Assembly (NCBI GenBank): GCA_963674735.2
Contig: CAXXQS010000002.1
Coordinates: forward strand, 2,016,001 to 2,080,000
Direction: 5' to 3'
Source: Myxococcota bacterium
Lineage (GTDB): Bacteria; Myxococcota_A; SURF-8
DNA length: 64,000 nucleotides
The notes under the pieces are model-generated. The model worked only from the letters and a program-made list of their open reading frames with translations, did not search any database and was not told where the DNA came from. Below, piece after piece: positions 1-8,952 of the stretch. Each line of letters starts with the position of its first letter. Position 1 is the stretch's first letter. The position numbers and the translations under genes were made by a program.

Positions 1-473
1 TGGGAAAAGCCTTCCATGGGAAGCATGAAAACGCCATCGCAGGCTGCGGTTTGCTCGGAAGTCAGACCCTCCAACTCGTTACCGAAAATCAAGGCTGTGC
101 GGTCGGCCAAATCGAAGGATTCAAGCGTGCCCGCGGTTGGCGACAGACAACTGGCGTAGAGCCGATAGCCGTTTTGGCGCAGCTTGTCGAAACAGGCTTC
201 CCAATCTCGATACGTGTGCAAGGTCAACCACTTATGGGCACCCTGAGTGACTCCTGAAGAGATTGTGTTGCCGTCCTGATTGTCGGGTATCACCAAATGG
301 ATATCCTGGATGCCGAAGGCTTCACAGGTCCGCAATACCGCCATGTAATTATGGGGCTTGTCGAGCCGGTCGATGACGATGGTCAGATCGCGGGTACGGC
401 GCGCCAGAACGTTTTCGAGGCGCTCACGCCGGGCGGTCGTCATGTATTTTTCAAGTATCTCGACGATATTCAT
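1..473 (-). CDS. trmH: TrmH/SpoU-family tRNA 2'-O-methyltransferase (3' end runs off the window)
   Basis: Not in the ORF track; translated by hand from ATG at 473: MNIVEILEKYMTTARRERLENVLARRTRDLTIVIDRLDKPHNYMAVLRTCEAFGIQDIH...ALIFGNELEGL...FMLPMEGFS. Contains SPOUT motifs (PHN..A..RT..AFG; FGNE..G). Confidence 0.9.
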   Translation of the reverse strand, partial: MNIVEILEKYMTTARRERLENVLARRTRDLTIVIDRLDKPHNYMAVLRTCEAFGIQDIHLVIPDNQDGNTISSGVTQGAHKWLTLHTYRDWEACFDKLRQNGYRLYASCLSPTAGTLESFDLADRTALIFGNELEGLTSEQTAACDGVFMLPMEGFS

Positions 474-480
474 GAACGGC

Positions 481-509
481 ACCCTAACTTATGCGGTGAA
501 AAAGCGCAA
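481..509 (-). promoter_or_regulatory. sigma70-type promoter of trmH, probably leaderless
   Basis: Minus strand TTGCGC-17bp-TAGGGT, then 7 nt, then ATG; no Shine-Dalgarno. Confidence 0.55.
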
Positions 510-536
510 GTTCGAGATCGAATAGCGTGATGGCAA

Positions 537-706
537 GGGTGCATCACAGGATGGTGCCATTTCCGAGCGCTCCTCCCGAGTGATGCCCGTGGGGCATTGG
601 ATCGAGGGATCGGGTCTGAAGACCGCGTGGTTCGATACAATTTGCTCCGCCAATCACTCACCATGAGCGGTTTTCACGATCAATCGCAATCTTTTGTGAT
701 GCACCC
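537..706. mobile_element. MITE family 1, copy 1 (TIR-bounded, internal REP-like doublet)
   Basis: TIR gggtgcatcaca / tgtgatgcaccc. Flanking direct repeat tgatggcaa (528-536) / tgatggaca (707-715). Aligns over its full length with 41620-41799. Confidence 0.8.
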
Positions 707-744
707 TGATGGACAATGATCGAATCGAAAAATGACTGACAACC

Positions 745-773
745 TTGCGTTTGTGTTGTCGGGTGAGTATGAT
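745..773 (+). promoter_or_regulatory. sigma70-type promoter of the TerB-family gene, probably leaderless
   Basis: TTGCGT-17bp-TATGAT, then 6 nt, then ATG at 780. Confidence 0.55.
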
Positions 774-779
774 TGCGCC

Positions 780-1328
780 ATGAAACATTCACTTTTACAA
801 CGATTGGGACTGAGATCGGGGAAATCGGATTCTAGTGCCGGTTCTTCGCTTGGCCAAGCTACGGTTCTTGCTCGGGATTTGGAAGCGGCGTTGGAATCGT
901 TACCGGCAGAACGGGTTCGTTACCTAGCCGCTCTAAGCGGTTTGATGGGGCGTGTGGCGGTAGCCGACGGCCATATCAGCGAGGACGAACTGGGACGCAT
1001 GGGTGACGTGTTGCGGGCTTTCACGCATCTTGCGGAAACGGAAACCGAAACGGTTGTCTCACTCATGCGCGACAAATTCACGGAATTGATGGGCCTCGAA
1101 AATCATATTTATACCCGTGAAATCAATGAATTAGCGGATCACTCGCAGAAGCTGGAAGTTTTGTCCTGCTTGTTTGCCGTTGCGGCTGCCGACGACACCA
1201 TTTCTCCCGAAGAAAATGAGGCCGTGCGTATCATCGCCAAAGGTCTGATGCTGACTCACAGCGACTTCATCAACGTTCGTTCGCTCTATCGTCAACATTT
1301 GTCAGTTCTGAAAAATCTCCCCAAATAG
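780..1328 (+). CDS. TerB/DjlA-N family protein (two TerB-like repeats)
   Basis: Motifs VAVADGHISEDE and VAAADDTISPEE...IAKGL. Start moved from 732 to the ATG at 780. Confidence 0.8.
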   Translation: MKHSLLQRLGLRSGKSDSSAGSSLGQATVLARDLEAALESLPAERVRYLAALSGLMGRVAVADGHISEDELGRMGDVLRAFTHLAETETETVVSLMRDKFTELMGLENHIYTREINELADHSQKLEVLSCLFAVAAADDTISPEENEAVRIIAKGLMLTHSDFINVRSLYRQHLSVLKNLPK

Positions 1329-1350
1329 TGATTATGAGAAGCAAAACCGA

Positions 1351-1379
1351 TTGTTTTTTCAGATACATCGCGGTATAAT
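1351..1379 (+). promoter_or_regulatory. sigma70-type promoter
   Basis: TTGTTT-17bp-TATAAT upstream of the PilZ gene. Confidence 0.55.
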
Positions 1380-1442
1380 CTTATCACTCAATCCTGTTCA
1401 GTGGCAGTTTGATCTCTCCTCGTTAGTAAAGCAGGTTGGCAT

Positions 1443-2132
1443 ATGGCAGTATCGAAGTGTCGCCGAGGTCGGCGTATTGGGAAACGGACTCCCGTCCATT
1501 TTGGTCCCCTCTCTCCCAAATACATTGGATTTATGAAGAATATTTCGGAAACGGGCCTCGCCCTTTCCAGTAAAATAACGTTTTCATCGGAAACGGAACT
1601 GTATATCAGCATTCCGGATGTCACGCCTCCCATCGAAACCCAAGGTCGGGTGATGTGGACCAGCGATGCCCGTCTGTTGTTATCGGCCAGTCCTTTTTCC
1701 AATCATCTGGATATGGGAATCGCTCTAGTTAACCCGCCTGAAAGTTATCGAGACTTTGTGAAATCGGTCACGGAGGCTTTCAAAGAAATACGCCGTGAAC
1801 CCCGCTTTGAAAAGGTGTTTAAAATCAGCTTGGGTGAAGAGTCGCAAGCACAAGAGGCTTTCACCCAGAATATCAGTCGTGGCGGACTCTACGTCGTGAT
1901 GCGCGATGCACCAGCCGTCAATACGATTTTGCCGGTGCGTTTGTGGTTGTCTGAAATCAATCGGATGATTCATGCCGAGATGCAAGTGATGTTCATGGTT
2001 CGAGAAAAATCCGCCGAATTGAGTGGAATGAACCCCGGTATCGGGCTCCGCTTCACCAAAATCGACCCCGATGATGTCGCGACGTTTAATGCCTTCATCG
2101 ACGGTTTGGCGGCTAAAGGCAAACTCGACTGA
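1443..2132 (+). CDS. Tandem PilZ-domain (c-di-GMP-binding) protein
   Basis: Two RxxxR ... NISxxG motifs (RRGRR/NISETG; RREPR/NISRGG) and a C-terminal GIGLRF. Confidence 0.85.
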   Translation: MAVSKCRRGRRIGKRTPVHFGPLSPKYIGFMKNISETGLALSSKITFSSETELYISIPDVTPPIETQGRVMWTSDARLLLSASPFSNHLDMGIALVNPPESYRDFVKSVTEAFKEIRREPRFEKVFKISLGEESQAQEAFTQNISRGGLYVVMRDAPAVNTILPVRLWLSEINRMIHAEMQVMFMVREKSAELSGMNPGIGLRFTKIDPDDVATFNAFIDGLAAKGKLD

Positions 2133-2221
2133 GCCAGCGCCTTGCTTTTCTCCTCAAACCCCATTATGTTAACGATCATCAATGGTTGATGCCCCGATGT
2201 GTGTAACATACAGGAGTCGTT

Positions 2222-4642
2222 ATGATGGCTTTTTTACGGCTGATGACGGGATGCTTGTTGGCTTTGAGTCTGGTGGTTTGGATGGCGGGCTGCGGAAGCG
2301 ACGATGAGGCTTCCCCCGATGGGGACCAGGTTCAGCCCGACGGTGATGGCGAAACAAGCCCGGATGGTGATGAACCCGATGGCGACGATCCCGACGGCGA
2401 TCAGACGGACGGCGATGGGGAGGATGACGAACCTGAAATCCGCTTGGTGGATCTGGTCAACCCGTTCATTGGCAGCGGTGGCCTGGGTTTCGGTATCGGT
2501 TCCGGTACGCCCGGCATTAAAACGCCTTTCGGTTTGGTGTTGGTTGCGCCTGATACAACGGGAGAATTCGGGGCTCCGCCTTTCTATCATTGCAGCGGCT
2601 ATTACAGTGAAGACGAGTACATCGTCGGTTTTTCGCAGGTGCATCTATACGGAGTCGGTGCACAGGATCTCGGCAATATCCTGTTTATGCCGGATAACGG
2701 TCCCCTCGATGTGATCGACGGTTACGAAGATACCTACCGGAAACTCAAGATCGAAGGAAGCGAGTTTGCCAAGCCGGGTTACTACACCGTCGGTCTGGAA
2801 TCGGATATCACGGTGGAACTTACCGCCACCACCCGAGCGGGCTACCACCGTTACACTTTCGCAGAGGATCTGGCTCAGGGCTTTGTGCTGATCGATCTCA
2901 ACCACCATGTGGCCACCGATAGTGACGATACCGAGGATGCCGAGATCGAGATCGTACCTGCCGATCAAGTGGTGAAAGGCCGTGTTCTGCAGCAAGGTGG
3001 TTTCACCGGGCGTTACGGCGGTCTCGATATCTATTTCTACGCCCGTTTCGACAAACCGATCGAGAGTTATGGTACCTGGAAAGACAACATCTCCACGGAT
3101 GGCCAGACCAGCGAGTCGGGGGATCCCATTGGTGCTTATATCGGTTTCGATCTGGCCGATGGCGCAACGGTTGAGGCCCAGGTGGGGATTTCGTTCATTA
3201 GCATCGAACAGGCGAAGCTCAATCTCGAAACCGAGATGCCCGATTGGGGGTTCGAGAGCGTCCGGCAGCAAACGGAAGACGCTTGGGAAGACGAACTGTC
3301 GGTTGTACGTTTCGAAGGCGGAACGGACGATCAGCGGGCCATTATGGCGACGGCGTTGTACCACGCGTTTATGATGCCCGATATCTTTACCGATGCCAAC
3401 GGTCAATATCTTGGATTTGACGGGCAGGTGCACACAGCCGAGGATTTCGTTTATTACACCGACTTCTCCATGTGGGATACCTATCGGACCGAGCACCCTT
3501 TCCTGAGTCTGGTCAAGCCCGAACGCTCACGTGACATGATGATTTCACTCGTTACCATGATGGAGCAAGGCGGCTACCTGCCCAAATGGCCCATGGGCAA
3601 AGGATACAGCAACTGCATGGTCGGAAGTCCGGCCGACATTGTGATCGCCGATGCCTATTTGAAAGGCGTGCGTGGTTTCGATGTGGAGGCGGCGTATGCG
3701 TCCATGAAAGAAGTCGCGACGGCTCCCGTCCCTTCGGAGCATGCTTACGGAGGACGTGGGGGGATAGATGAATACGTGGCCAACGGGTATGTGTCGATGG
3801 AGCGTAGCGGCGGGTCGGTGGCGCGCACGATGGAATTCGCCGTGGCCGACAATGCCATTGCCCAACTCGCGACCGTGCTTGGATACGACACGGATGCGGC
3901 AGCCTTTATCGAGCAGTCGCGCAATTACCGCAACCTGTGGTTGGACGATGACCAGTTCTTTGTCGGCCGCCATGCTGATGGTTCATTTGTCGAAGACTAT
4001 AATTCCACGACTTGGGAGGATTTCTACACCGAGGGGAATGCCTGGCAGTATTTGTGGTTGGCTCCCCACGATCCGGAAGGTTTGATCGAGTTGTTCGGAT
4101 CGGCGGAGTCCATGAAAAGCAAACTCGAAACCTTTTTCGAGGAAGAGAAAAAAGAATTCGATGAAGGGGCCTGGGGCGGCTATCTGCCTCCGACATATTA
4201 CTGGCACGGTAACGAACCCGATATTCACGCGGCCTACTTGTTTTTGGAAGTCGGTCGTCCCGACCTGACCCATAAATGGGTGCGCTGGATCGAAGATAGT
4301 CTGTACAAGAACGCGCCCGACGGCATTGCCGGAAACGACGATTGCGGGACGCTGTCTTCCTGGTACGTCTTCTCGTCCATGGGGCTTTTCCCCAATGCGG
4401 GCATGGATTGGTATTGGATCGGTGCGCCGCTGTTCACCCGCGTCGAGGTTCAACTGGCCGATGGTGTTCTGGTGATCGAAGCGCCGGAGGCCTCGGAGGA
4501 CAATCTCTACGTGCAATCGGTGACGTTCAACGACGAACCATTGACCGAACCGCGTCTCGAACACGCCCGGATTGCCGAAGGCGGCGTGCTTCGATTCGAG
4601 ATGGGACCGGAACCCTCGGATTGGGGCCGACCTACCCGTTAA
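2222..4642 (+). CDS. GH92 alpha-1,2-mannosidase family lipoprotein with DGD tether
   Basis: Lipobox MAGC; motifs VNPFIG, SMWDTYR, TEGNAWQY, HGNEP, GNDDCGTLSSWYVFSSMG. Confidence 0.93.
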   Translation: MMAFLRLMTGCLLALSLVVWMAGCGSDDEASPDGDQVQPDGDGETSPDGDEPDGDDPDGDQTDGDGEDDEPEIRLVDLVNPFIGSGGLGFGIGSGTPGIKTPFGLVLVAPDTTGEFGAPPFYHCSGYYSEDEYIVGFSQVHLYGVGAQDLGNILFMPDNGPLDVIDGYEDTYRKLKIEGSEFAKPGYYTVGLESDITVELTATTRAGYHRYTFAEDLAQGFVLIDLNHHVATDSDDTEDAEIEIVPADQVVKGRVLQQGGFTGRYGGLDIYFYARFDKPIESYGTWKDNISTDGQTSESGDPIGAYIGFDLADGATVEAQVGISFISIEQAKLNLETEMPDWGFESVRQQTEDAWEDELSVVRFEGGTDDQRAIMATALYHAFMMPDIFTDANGQYLGFDGQVHTAEDFVYYTDFSMWDTYRTEHPFLSLVKPERSRDMMISLVTMMEQGGYLPKWPMGKGYSNCMVGSPADIVIADAYLKGVRGFDVEAAYASMKEVATAPVPSEHAYGGRGGIDEYVANGYVSMERSGGSVARTMEFAVADNAIAQLATVLGYDTDAAAFIEQSRNYRNLWLDDDQFFVGRHADGSFVEDYNSTTWEDFYTEGNAWQYLWLAPHDPEGLIELFGSAESMKSKLETFFEEEKKEFDEGAWGGYLPPTYYWHGNEPDIHAAYLFLEVGRPDLTHKWVRWIEDSLYKNAPDGIAGNDDCGTLSSWYVFSSMGLFPNAGMDWYWIGAPLFTRVEVQLADGVLVIEAPEASEDNLYVQSVTFNDEPLTEPRLEHARIAEGGVLRFEMGPEPSDWGRPTR
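2315..2416 (+). repeat. Coding (P)DGD repeat tract, 6 DGD units
   Basis: PDGDQVQPDGDGETSPDGDEPDGDDPDGDQTDGD directly after the lipobox. Confidence 0.9.
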
Positions 4643-4664
4643 ATCCGGATGTGAACGGACTTAT

Positions 4665-6512
4665 ATGACGTCGAACACCGAAAAACGCCATCGTTTCGAC
4701 CGGGTGAAAATCCGGGTCGGCTACACCTGCAATAACGACTGCTTGGTCTGTGACTGCCGGTCCTTGCGCAAAATCAGCGACGCCACGCGTAAGCAGGTGG
4801 CGGAGCGGATTATGTTGGCCGGACAAAAAGGCGTCAAACTGGTTATCTTTACGGGTGGCGAGCCGACCATCCGCAAAGAACTGCCCATCTGGATTGCTCT
4901 GGCCAAGCGTTTAGGTCTTGCGACCGGCCTTATCAGTAATGGGCGTGCCTTGCGTTTTCCCGATTACACACGTCGTCTGGCCGGTGAGGGCTTGCGTTTC
5001 GTGCAGCTTACGCTGTTTGCGGACGAAGCCGAGTTGCACGATGAATTGGTGGGTGGAAAACCGGGAGCCTTTGTCGAAAGTTGGGCCGGGCTTGAGGTCT
5101 GCCACGAACTCGGACTGGACTTGCGGGTGAATCTGGTGCTGACGCGCCCGAGTCTGGGGCGGTTGATCGCACTGGCGGACAAGCTTATGGCGTTTGCGCC
5201 GCTTGAATATCGGGTGAGTCTGGTCAAGCCGCGTAAGCTGGAGGCCGATGCTTTCGAACGGTTGGTGCCGACCCTCGATGAAGCGAGCGCTAAAGTACGG
5301 GAATGGCTTGCGTATGTGGCCAACCATCCCCAGCGCCCCGAAGGGTTTCGCGTATCGGTGGCGGGGTTACCGCTTTGCGCCTTGCCCGGTCATATCGACG
5401 CCAGTGCGGATCTGCGTTTGGAAGAGCTGGCGGAAATGAGCGAGAGCTACGAATCGACCTTTCATCAGCCCGGCATATTCGGACGAACAAAGCCGGAGCG
5501 TTGTACGCCCTGCCGTTTCGTCGAAAACTGTCCGGGTGTTGACGAGGACTATCTGGCCGTTCGCGGAGAGTCGGAACTCAAACCCGAACTTCATGCCGTT
5601 TCCAACTCATTTGCTTATGAACCCCTGCGTTTCCATCGAGATTTCGATGTGGCCACCTGTCCGATCCTGGCGGGAAAGCTGGCGCTGGAAGATCCGCCGC
5701 GCAGTCTGCTGGTACAGGAAGACCAGGGTGTCCGCGAGTATCGGACGGATTCCAGGGATTTCAGCGGCGATCAGATCCGTTTGGTGAAACAGGAGTTAGG
5801 GCAGATCTACCAGGACGTATCGGGAAAGCTGTTTCACGAAAATTTCGAATTGGACCTTGCCAAGCTGACGGTTCATCCGGTTTGCCGTACCTGTATCAAG
5901 ATGGCCGATGACTGTGCCGGATTATATGTTCAGGCACAAGAAAATGTGTTTTCGGTCGCTGAAAGAGAGCTGCTGGAGATTGTGGTCGGCTTGAGGGGAC
6001 GGGTGCTGGACGTCGGTGGTGGTCCGGTGCGTTATCGCGATCAATTCGCTTCGGCCATGGACCGTGGCGTGATGGACTATTGGCTGGTCGAACCCAATCC
6101 GTCACCGGTACTGTACGAATTTCTTGACGATTACAACCTGCGCGATCATTTGTTCAAAGGGTGTATCGAGGATTTTCGGGCCGACAATGAACGTTTTGAC
6201 TGGATTTTGGTTTTGCGTAGTCATAATCATTTGTACGACCTGGAACGCGCGTATCGCCATATGGCTGATTGGTTGAAACCCGGTGGCCGTTTGTTTGTCG
6301 TCGATAACACCGCCTTTGGCGTGGTGCGTTCACGCGAACTTTGGGAACGTATCCGAGTCGAGGGCGGGTTTCCGCATTTCGAGCACTTCAACAATCACAC
6401 CAGCGCCGAAGCGGTCGCCGTGATCGAAGCCGCGGGATTTCATTGCCTGGAACAGCACCCGGTTGAACCGACTTCGGCCAATCAGTGGTGGTGCCTGTTC
6501 AAAAGAAAATAG
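4665..6512 (+). CDS. Radical SAM protein (HxsC-like/SPASM-type) fused to a class I SAM methyltransferase
   Basis: CNNDCLVC, FTGGEPT, CTPCRFVENCPG, then VLDVGGG and LKPGGRL. Start at ATG 4665. Confidence 0.85.
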   Translation: MTSNTEKRHRFDRVKIRVGYTCNNDCLVCDCRSLRKISDATRKQVAERIMLAGQKGVKLVIFTGGEPTIRKELPIWIALAKRLGLATGLISNGRALRFPDYTRRLAGEGLRFVQLTLFADEAELHDELVGGKPGAFVESWAGLEVCHELGLDLRVNLVLTRPSLGRLIALADKLMAFAPLEYRVSLVKPRKLEADAFERLVPTLDEASAKVREWLAYVANHPQRPEGFRVSVAGLPLCALPGHIDASADLRLEELAEMSESYESTFHQPGIFGRTKPERCTPCRFVENCPGVDEDYLAVRGESELKPELHAVSNSFAYEPLRFHRDFDVATCPILAGKLALEDPPRSLLVQEDQGVREYRTDSRDFSGDQIRLVKQELGQIYQDVSGKLFHENFELDLAKLTVHPVCRTCIKMADDCAGLYVQAQENVFSVAERELLEIVVGLRGRVLDVGGGPVRYRDQFASAMDRGVMDYWLVEPNPSPVLYEFLDDYNLRDHLFKGCIEDFRADNERFDWILVLRSHNHLYDLERAYRHMADWLKPGGRLFVVDNTAFGVVRSRELWERIRVEGGFPHFEHFNNHTSAEAVAVIEAAGFHCLEQHPVEPTSANQWWCLFKRK

Positions 6513-6525
6513 CTTTTCCACTTGT

Positions 6526-7524
6526 TTAACGGATAGCCTCAGGGTGCAGCGCAGCCGGAATTTCGATGAGACAGAGGCTGTAACCCGGAGGATCTGCGGC
6601 GAAACGGCTGGCCACGGCTCGCTGGCCGGTTGTATCGATCGCCAAGGCCAGGATGTCGCCACCCACCGGTTGTTCGAAGCGGGTGGACATGCCTCGGTCG
6701 AAGAACAGGACGTTCGGCGATTGTCCCTCGCGCGCCATGAAAAACGTGGCTTGGGCCGCATAGGCGATGGGTGTTTGCCGGTCGGTGAAAAGCGCCAATT
6801 GCTGCTCGCCGCGTTTCACCCAGACACGATCGATGCGGGTATAGCTTTCGCGGGGATCTTCGACTTTATAGGTGAGAAGCAGGCTGTCGGCATCGGCCCA
6901 GTCCAGTGCCGTCAAGATCGAACGGCGATCGGGTGGGGTGGAGACGCGCTGGGCTTCACCGCCTTCCAGCGGTACGACATAGGCCTGATAGCGGAACGTG
7001 ACGCCGTCGTTGAGATCCGGGCGGCTGTCGGGTGGCGGATTGGCAATGGCCAGAAAGGCCACGTAGCGGCCATCGGGTGACGCAACGGGTTTGGCGGGAC
7101 GGCTGGGAATATGTTCCGGCAGGATCTCCGTCAGGGTGTCGCTTTGCGAGGGCAACAGCACAAGGCGTCCGCGAATATCGAGTGCCACGATACCCCGGCT
7201 ACCGGCGTAGGACGGATACGAGCCGCCGTCCAAGGCTTCGATGATGCGTTCGCTGGGGTCTGCCGGATCGCTGAAATCCACTTCCACGATGCGACGTTCC
7301 CAGCTTTGGGCCGTGTCGCGGGCGCTACGCCCTTCTTCCGGGATGGAGCGTAAAGCCACGAGGCGAGCATCCGTGGGATGAAAACGAATGTCGGTTTCGC
7401 GAAAAATGCCGCTTGTCAGCGTGGTGACCGGGCTATTCGCTTGTGGAGAATGGCCTTCGCAGCCTTTGACGCAGCCGAAGATAAAAACGGCGAAAGTTAT
7501 TGATAAAGTTAGTGATTTCAACAT
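6526..7524 (-). CDS. TolB-like/PD40 beta-propeller lipoprotein
   Basis: Lipobox IFGC; motifs SPDGRYVAF and YVVPLEGGEAQRVS. Confidence 0.65.
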   Translation of the reverse strand: MLKSLTLSITFAVFIFGCVKGCEGHSPQANSPVTTLTSGIFRETDIRFHPTDARLVALRSIPEEGRSARDTAQSWERRIVEVDFSDPADPSERIIEALDGGSYPSYAGSRGIVALDIRGRLVLLPSQSDTLTEILPEHIPSRPAKPVASPDGRYVAFLAIANPPPDSRPDLNDGVTFRYQAYVVPLEGGEAQRVSTPPDRRSILTALDWADADSLLLTYKVEDPRESYTRIDRVWVKRGEQQLALFTDRQTPIAYAAQATFFMAREGQSPNVLFFDRGMSTRFEQPVGGDILALAIDTTGQRAVASRFAADPPGYSLCLIEIPAALHPEAIR

Positions 7525-7707
7525 TCTGGAGCCTGCTTGAGCATTTTCGATGATCATAATAAGGAACTTGATACCTTCTCTTAACGTTGCATTTTCAATA
7601 AAAAATGGCAACGCCTTTTTATTTCGAGCGTCTTAGTGAATGGAATAATTGACAGCGGCCGGGAATGATCGCATCATAAACTCGGGTTACTGTTAGATGA
7701 GGAAACG

Positions 7708-8910
7708 ATGCGCATTCAGGAGTGGAAGCAGACACAGCGGGGGAAGCACCTGCGGCGATTGGGCCCGTGGCTGGTGGTGTCTGCGTGTATCTGGACCTTT
7801 CTGGTGTTGGGGCTGCTCCCGCTTCTGCCGCAAAGCGCCCCCTCCAAGCGTGCGGATCCCGTAACGATGAGGTCAGTCAGCGCCAAACGCTGGATGGAAA
7901 ACAAATCCGTTCGACAGCCTCCTCAACGTACGAAAGTCGTTCAAAATAAGCCCAAAGAAGAGAAAGCCGAGGAAGAGAAGAAAAAGCCCGATCCGATCGA
8001 AAAACCGCTGGGGCAAATCGTCGATATTGCCATGCCGGAGCGGGAGGAAGTCCCCGACGAAGCCAAGTACGTCAGCCAGTACAACTCGGCGGTTAAAAAG
8101 CAAAGCAAAGCGCGCAAACGCGCGCCGCTCGACCAGGTCGCCCCGTCTATGAAACGGGAAGGGTTGAAGCAGCCGCAGCAGAAAATGGGTCAGGACGAGG
8201 GAAAACTGGTGCTCAACGAGAATCCCGCGCCGGACAAGCCCGGTCGACGCATCGAGCACAATCTGGCGCTTCTTCCCGACCTGAAAATGGCCATGAAGCT
8301 CGATCTTGAAGAAGATGGCACGCGCGGGCAATTCAAGAACCGCAAATCTCAGGAGCGGAATCTCAAAGGGAATGCCGACCGGCTGCAAATGCTGTTCGAT
8401 GATCCGGAAGATGGACAAGCCGGTGAAAGGGGGGCGGGGCAGCCGTCCAATATTCCGAAAAGTCTGTTGCCCAACCTCGAATCGTCGTTGAATTTGGCGG
8501 GTGCGCCGATGAACGACTACCTGAAAGATGTCGAAGAAGGCGAAGAAACCTGGCTGAATACAAAGTCCTTCAAGTATGCTACCTACTACAACCGCATCAA
8601 GCGAAAGGTCAGCCAACGCTGGAATCCCGTGCGCGTTCAGAACCTCTACGATCCAGGTTTTTCAATTTATGGCTACCAAAGCCGGTACACTGTGTTGTAT
8701 ATTACGCTGGATTATAGTGGGAAACTTGAAGAAACCGAAGTCAAGCGATCGAGCGGTGTGGATTTTCTCGACAGGGAAGCGATGGATGCGGTGGCCCGGG
8801 CTGCTCCGTTTCCGAACCCACCCACCGGAATTCTGGAAAGCGATGGAAAAATCAAGTTCCCCTTCGGTTTTTATTTCGAGTTGACCCGTTCCGGCTTGCG
8901 CTTACGTTGA
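7708..8910 (+). CDS. TonB C-terminal-domain protein (energy transducer family)
   Basis: N-terminal TM helix, Lys/Pro/Glu-rich linker, C-terminal SSGVDFLDREAMDAV.RAAPFPNPP. Confidence 0.85.
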   Translation: MRIQEWKQTQRGKHLRRLGPWLVVSACIWTFLVLGLLPLLPQSAPSKRADPVTMRSVSAKRWMENKSVRQPPQRTKVVQNKPKEEKAEEEKKKPDPIEKPLGQIVDIAMPEREEVPDEAKYVSQYNSAVKKQSKARKRAPLDQVAPSMKREGLKQPQQKMGQDEGKLVLNENPAPDKPGRRIEHNLALLPDLKMAMKLDLEEDGTRGQFKNRKSQERNLKGNADRLQMLFDDPEDGQAGERGAGQPSNIPKSLLPNLESSLNLAGAPMNDYLKDVEEGEETWLNTKSFKYATYYNRIKRKVSQRWNPVRVQNLYDPGFSIYGYQSRYTVLYITLDYSGKLEETEVKRSSGVDFLDREAMDAVARAAPFPNPPTGILESDGKIKFPFGFYFELTRSGLRLR

Positions 8911-8952
8911 GTGTGTGGCAAGTCTGTTGAATTGCGATGAACGGATTTTGAA

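Noticed and set aside
620-645. ggttcgata resembling a tRNA T-loop
   Set aside because: No cloverleaf; it is part of the REP-like unit of MITE family 1.
470-664. Look-alike small ORFs MVSDWRSKLYRTTR (470-664) and MVSNMRSKLYRTTR (41544-41759) as paralogous peptides or RiPP precursors
   Set aside because: Both are read-throughs of MITE family 1. The similarity stops at the element edge and there is no SD.
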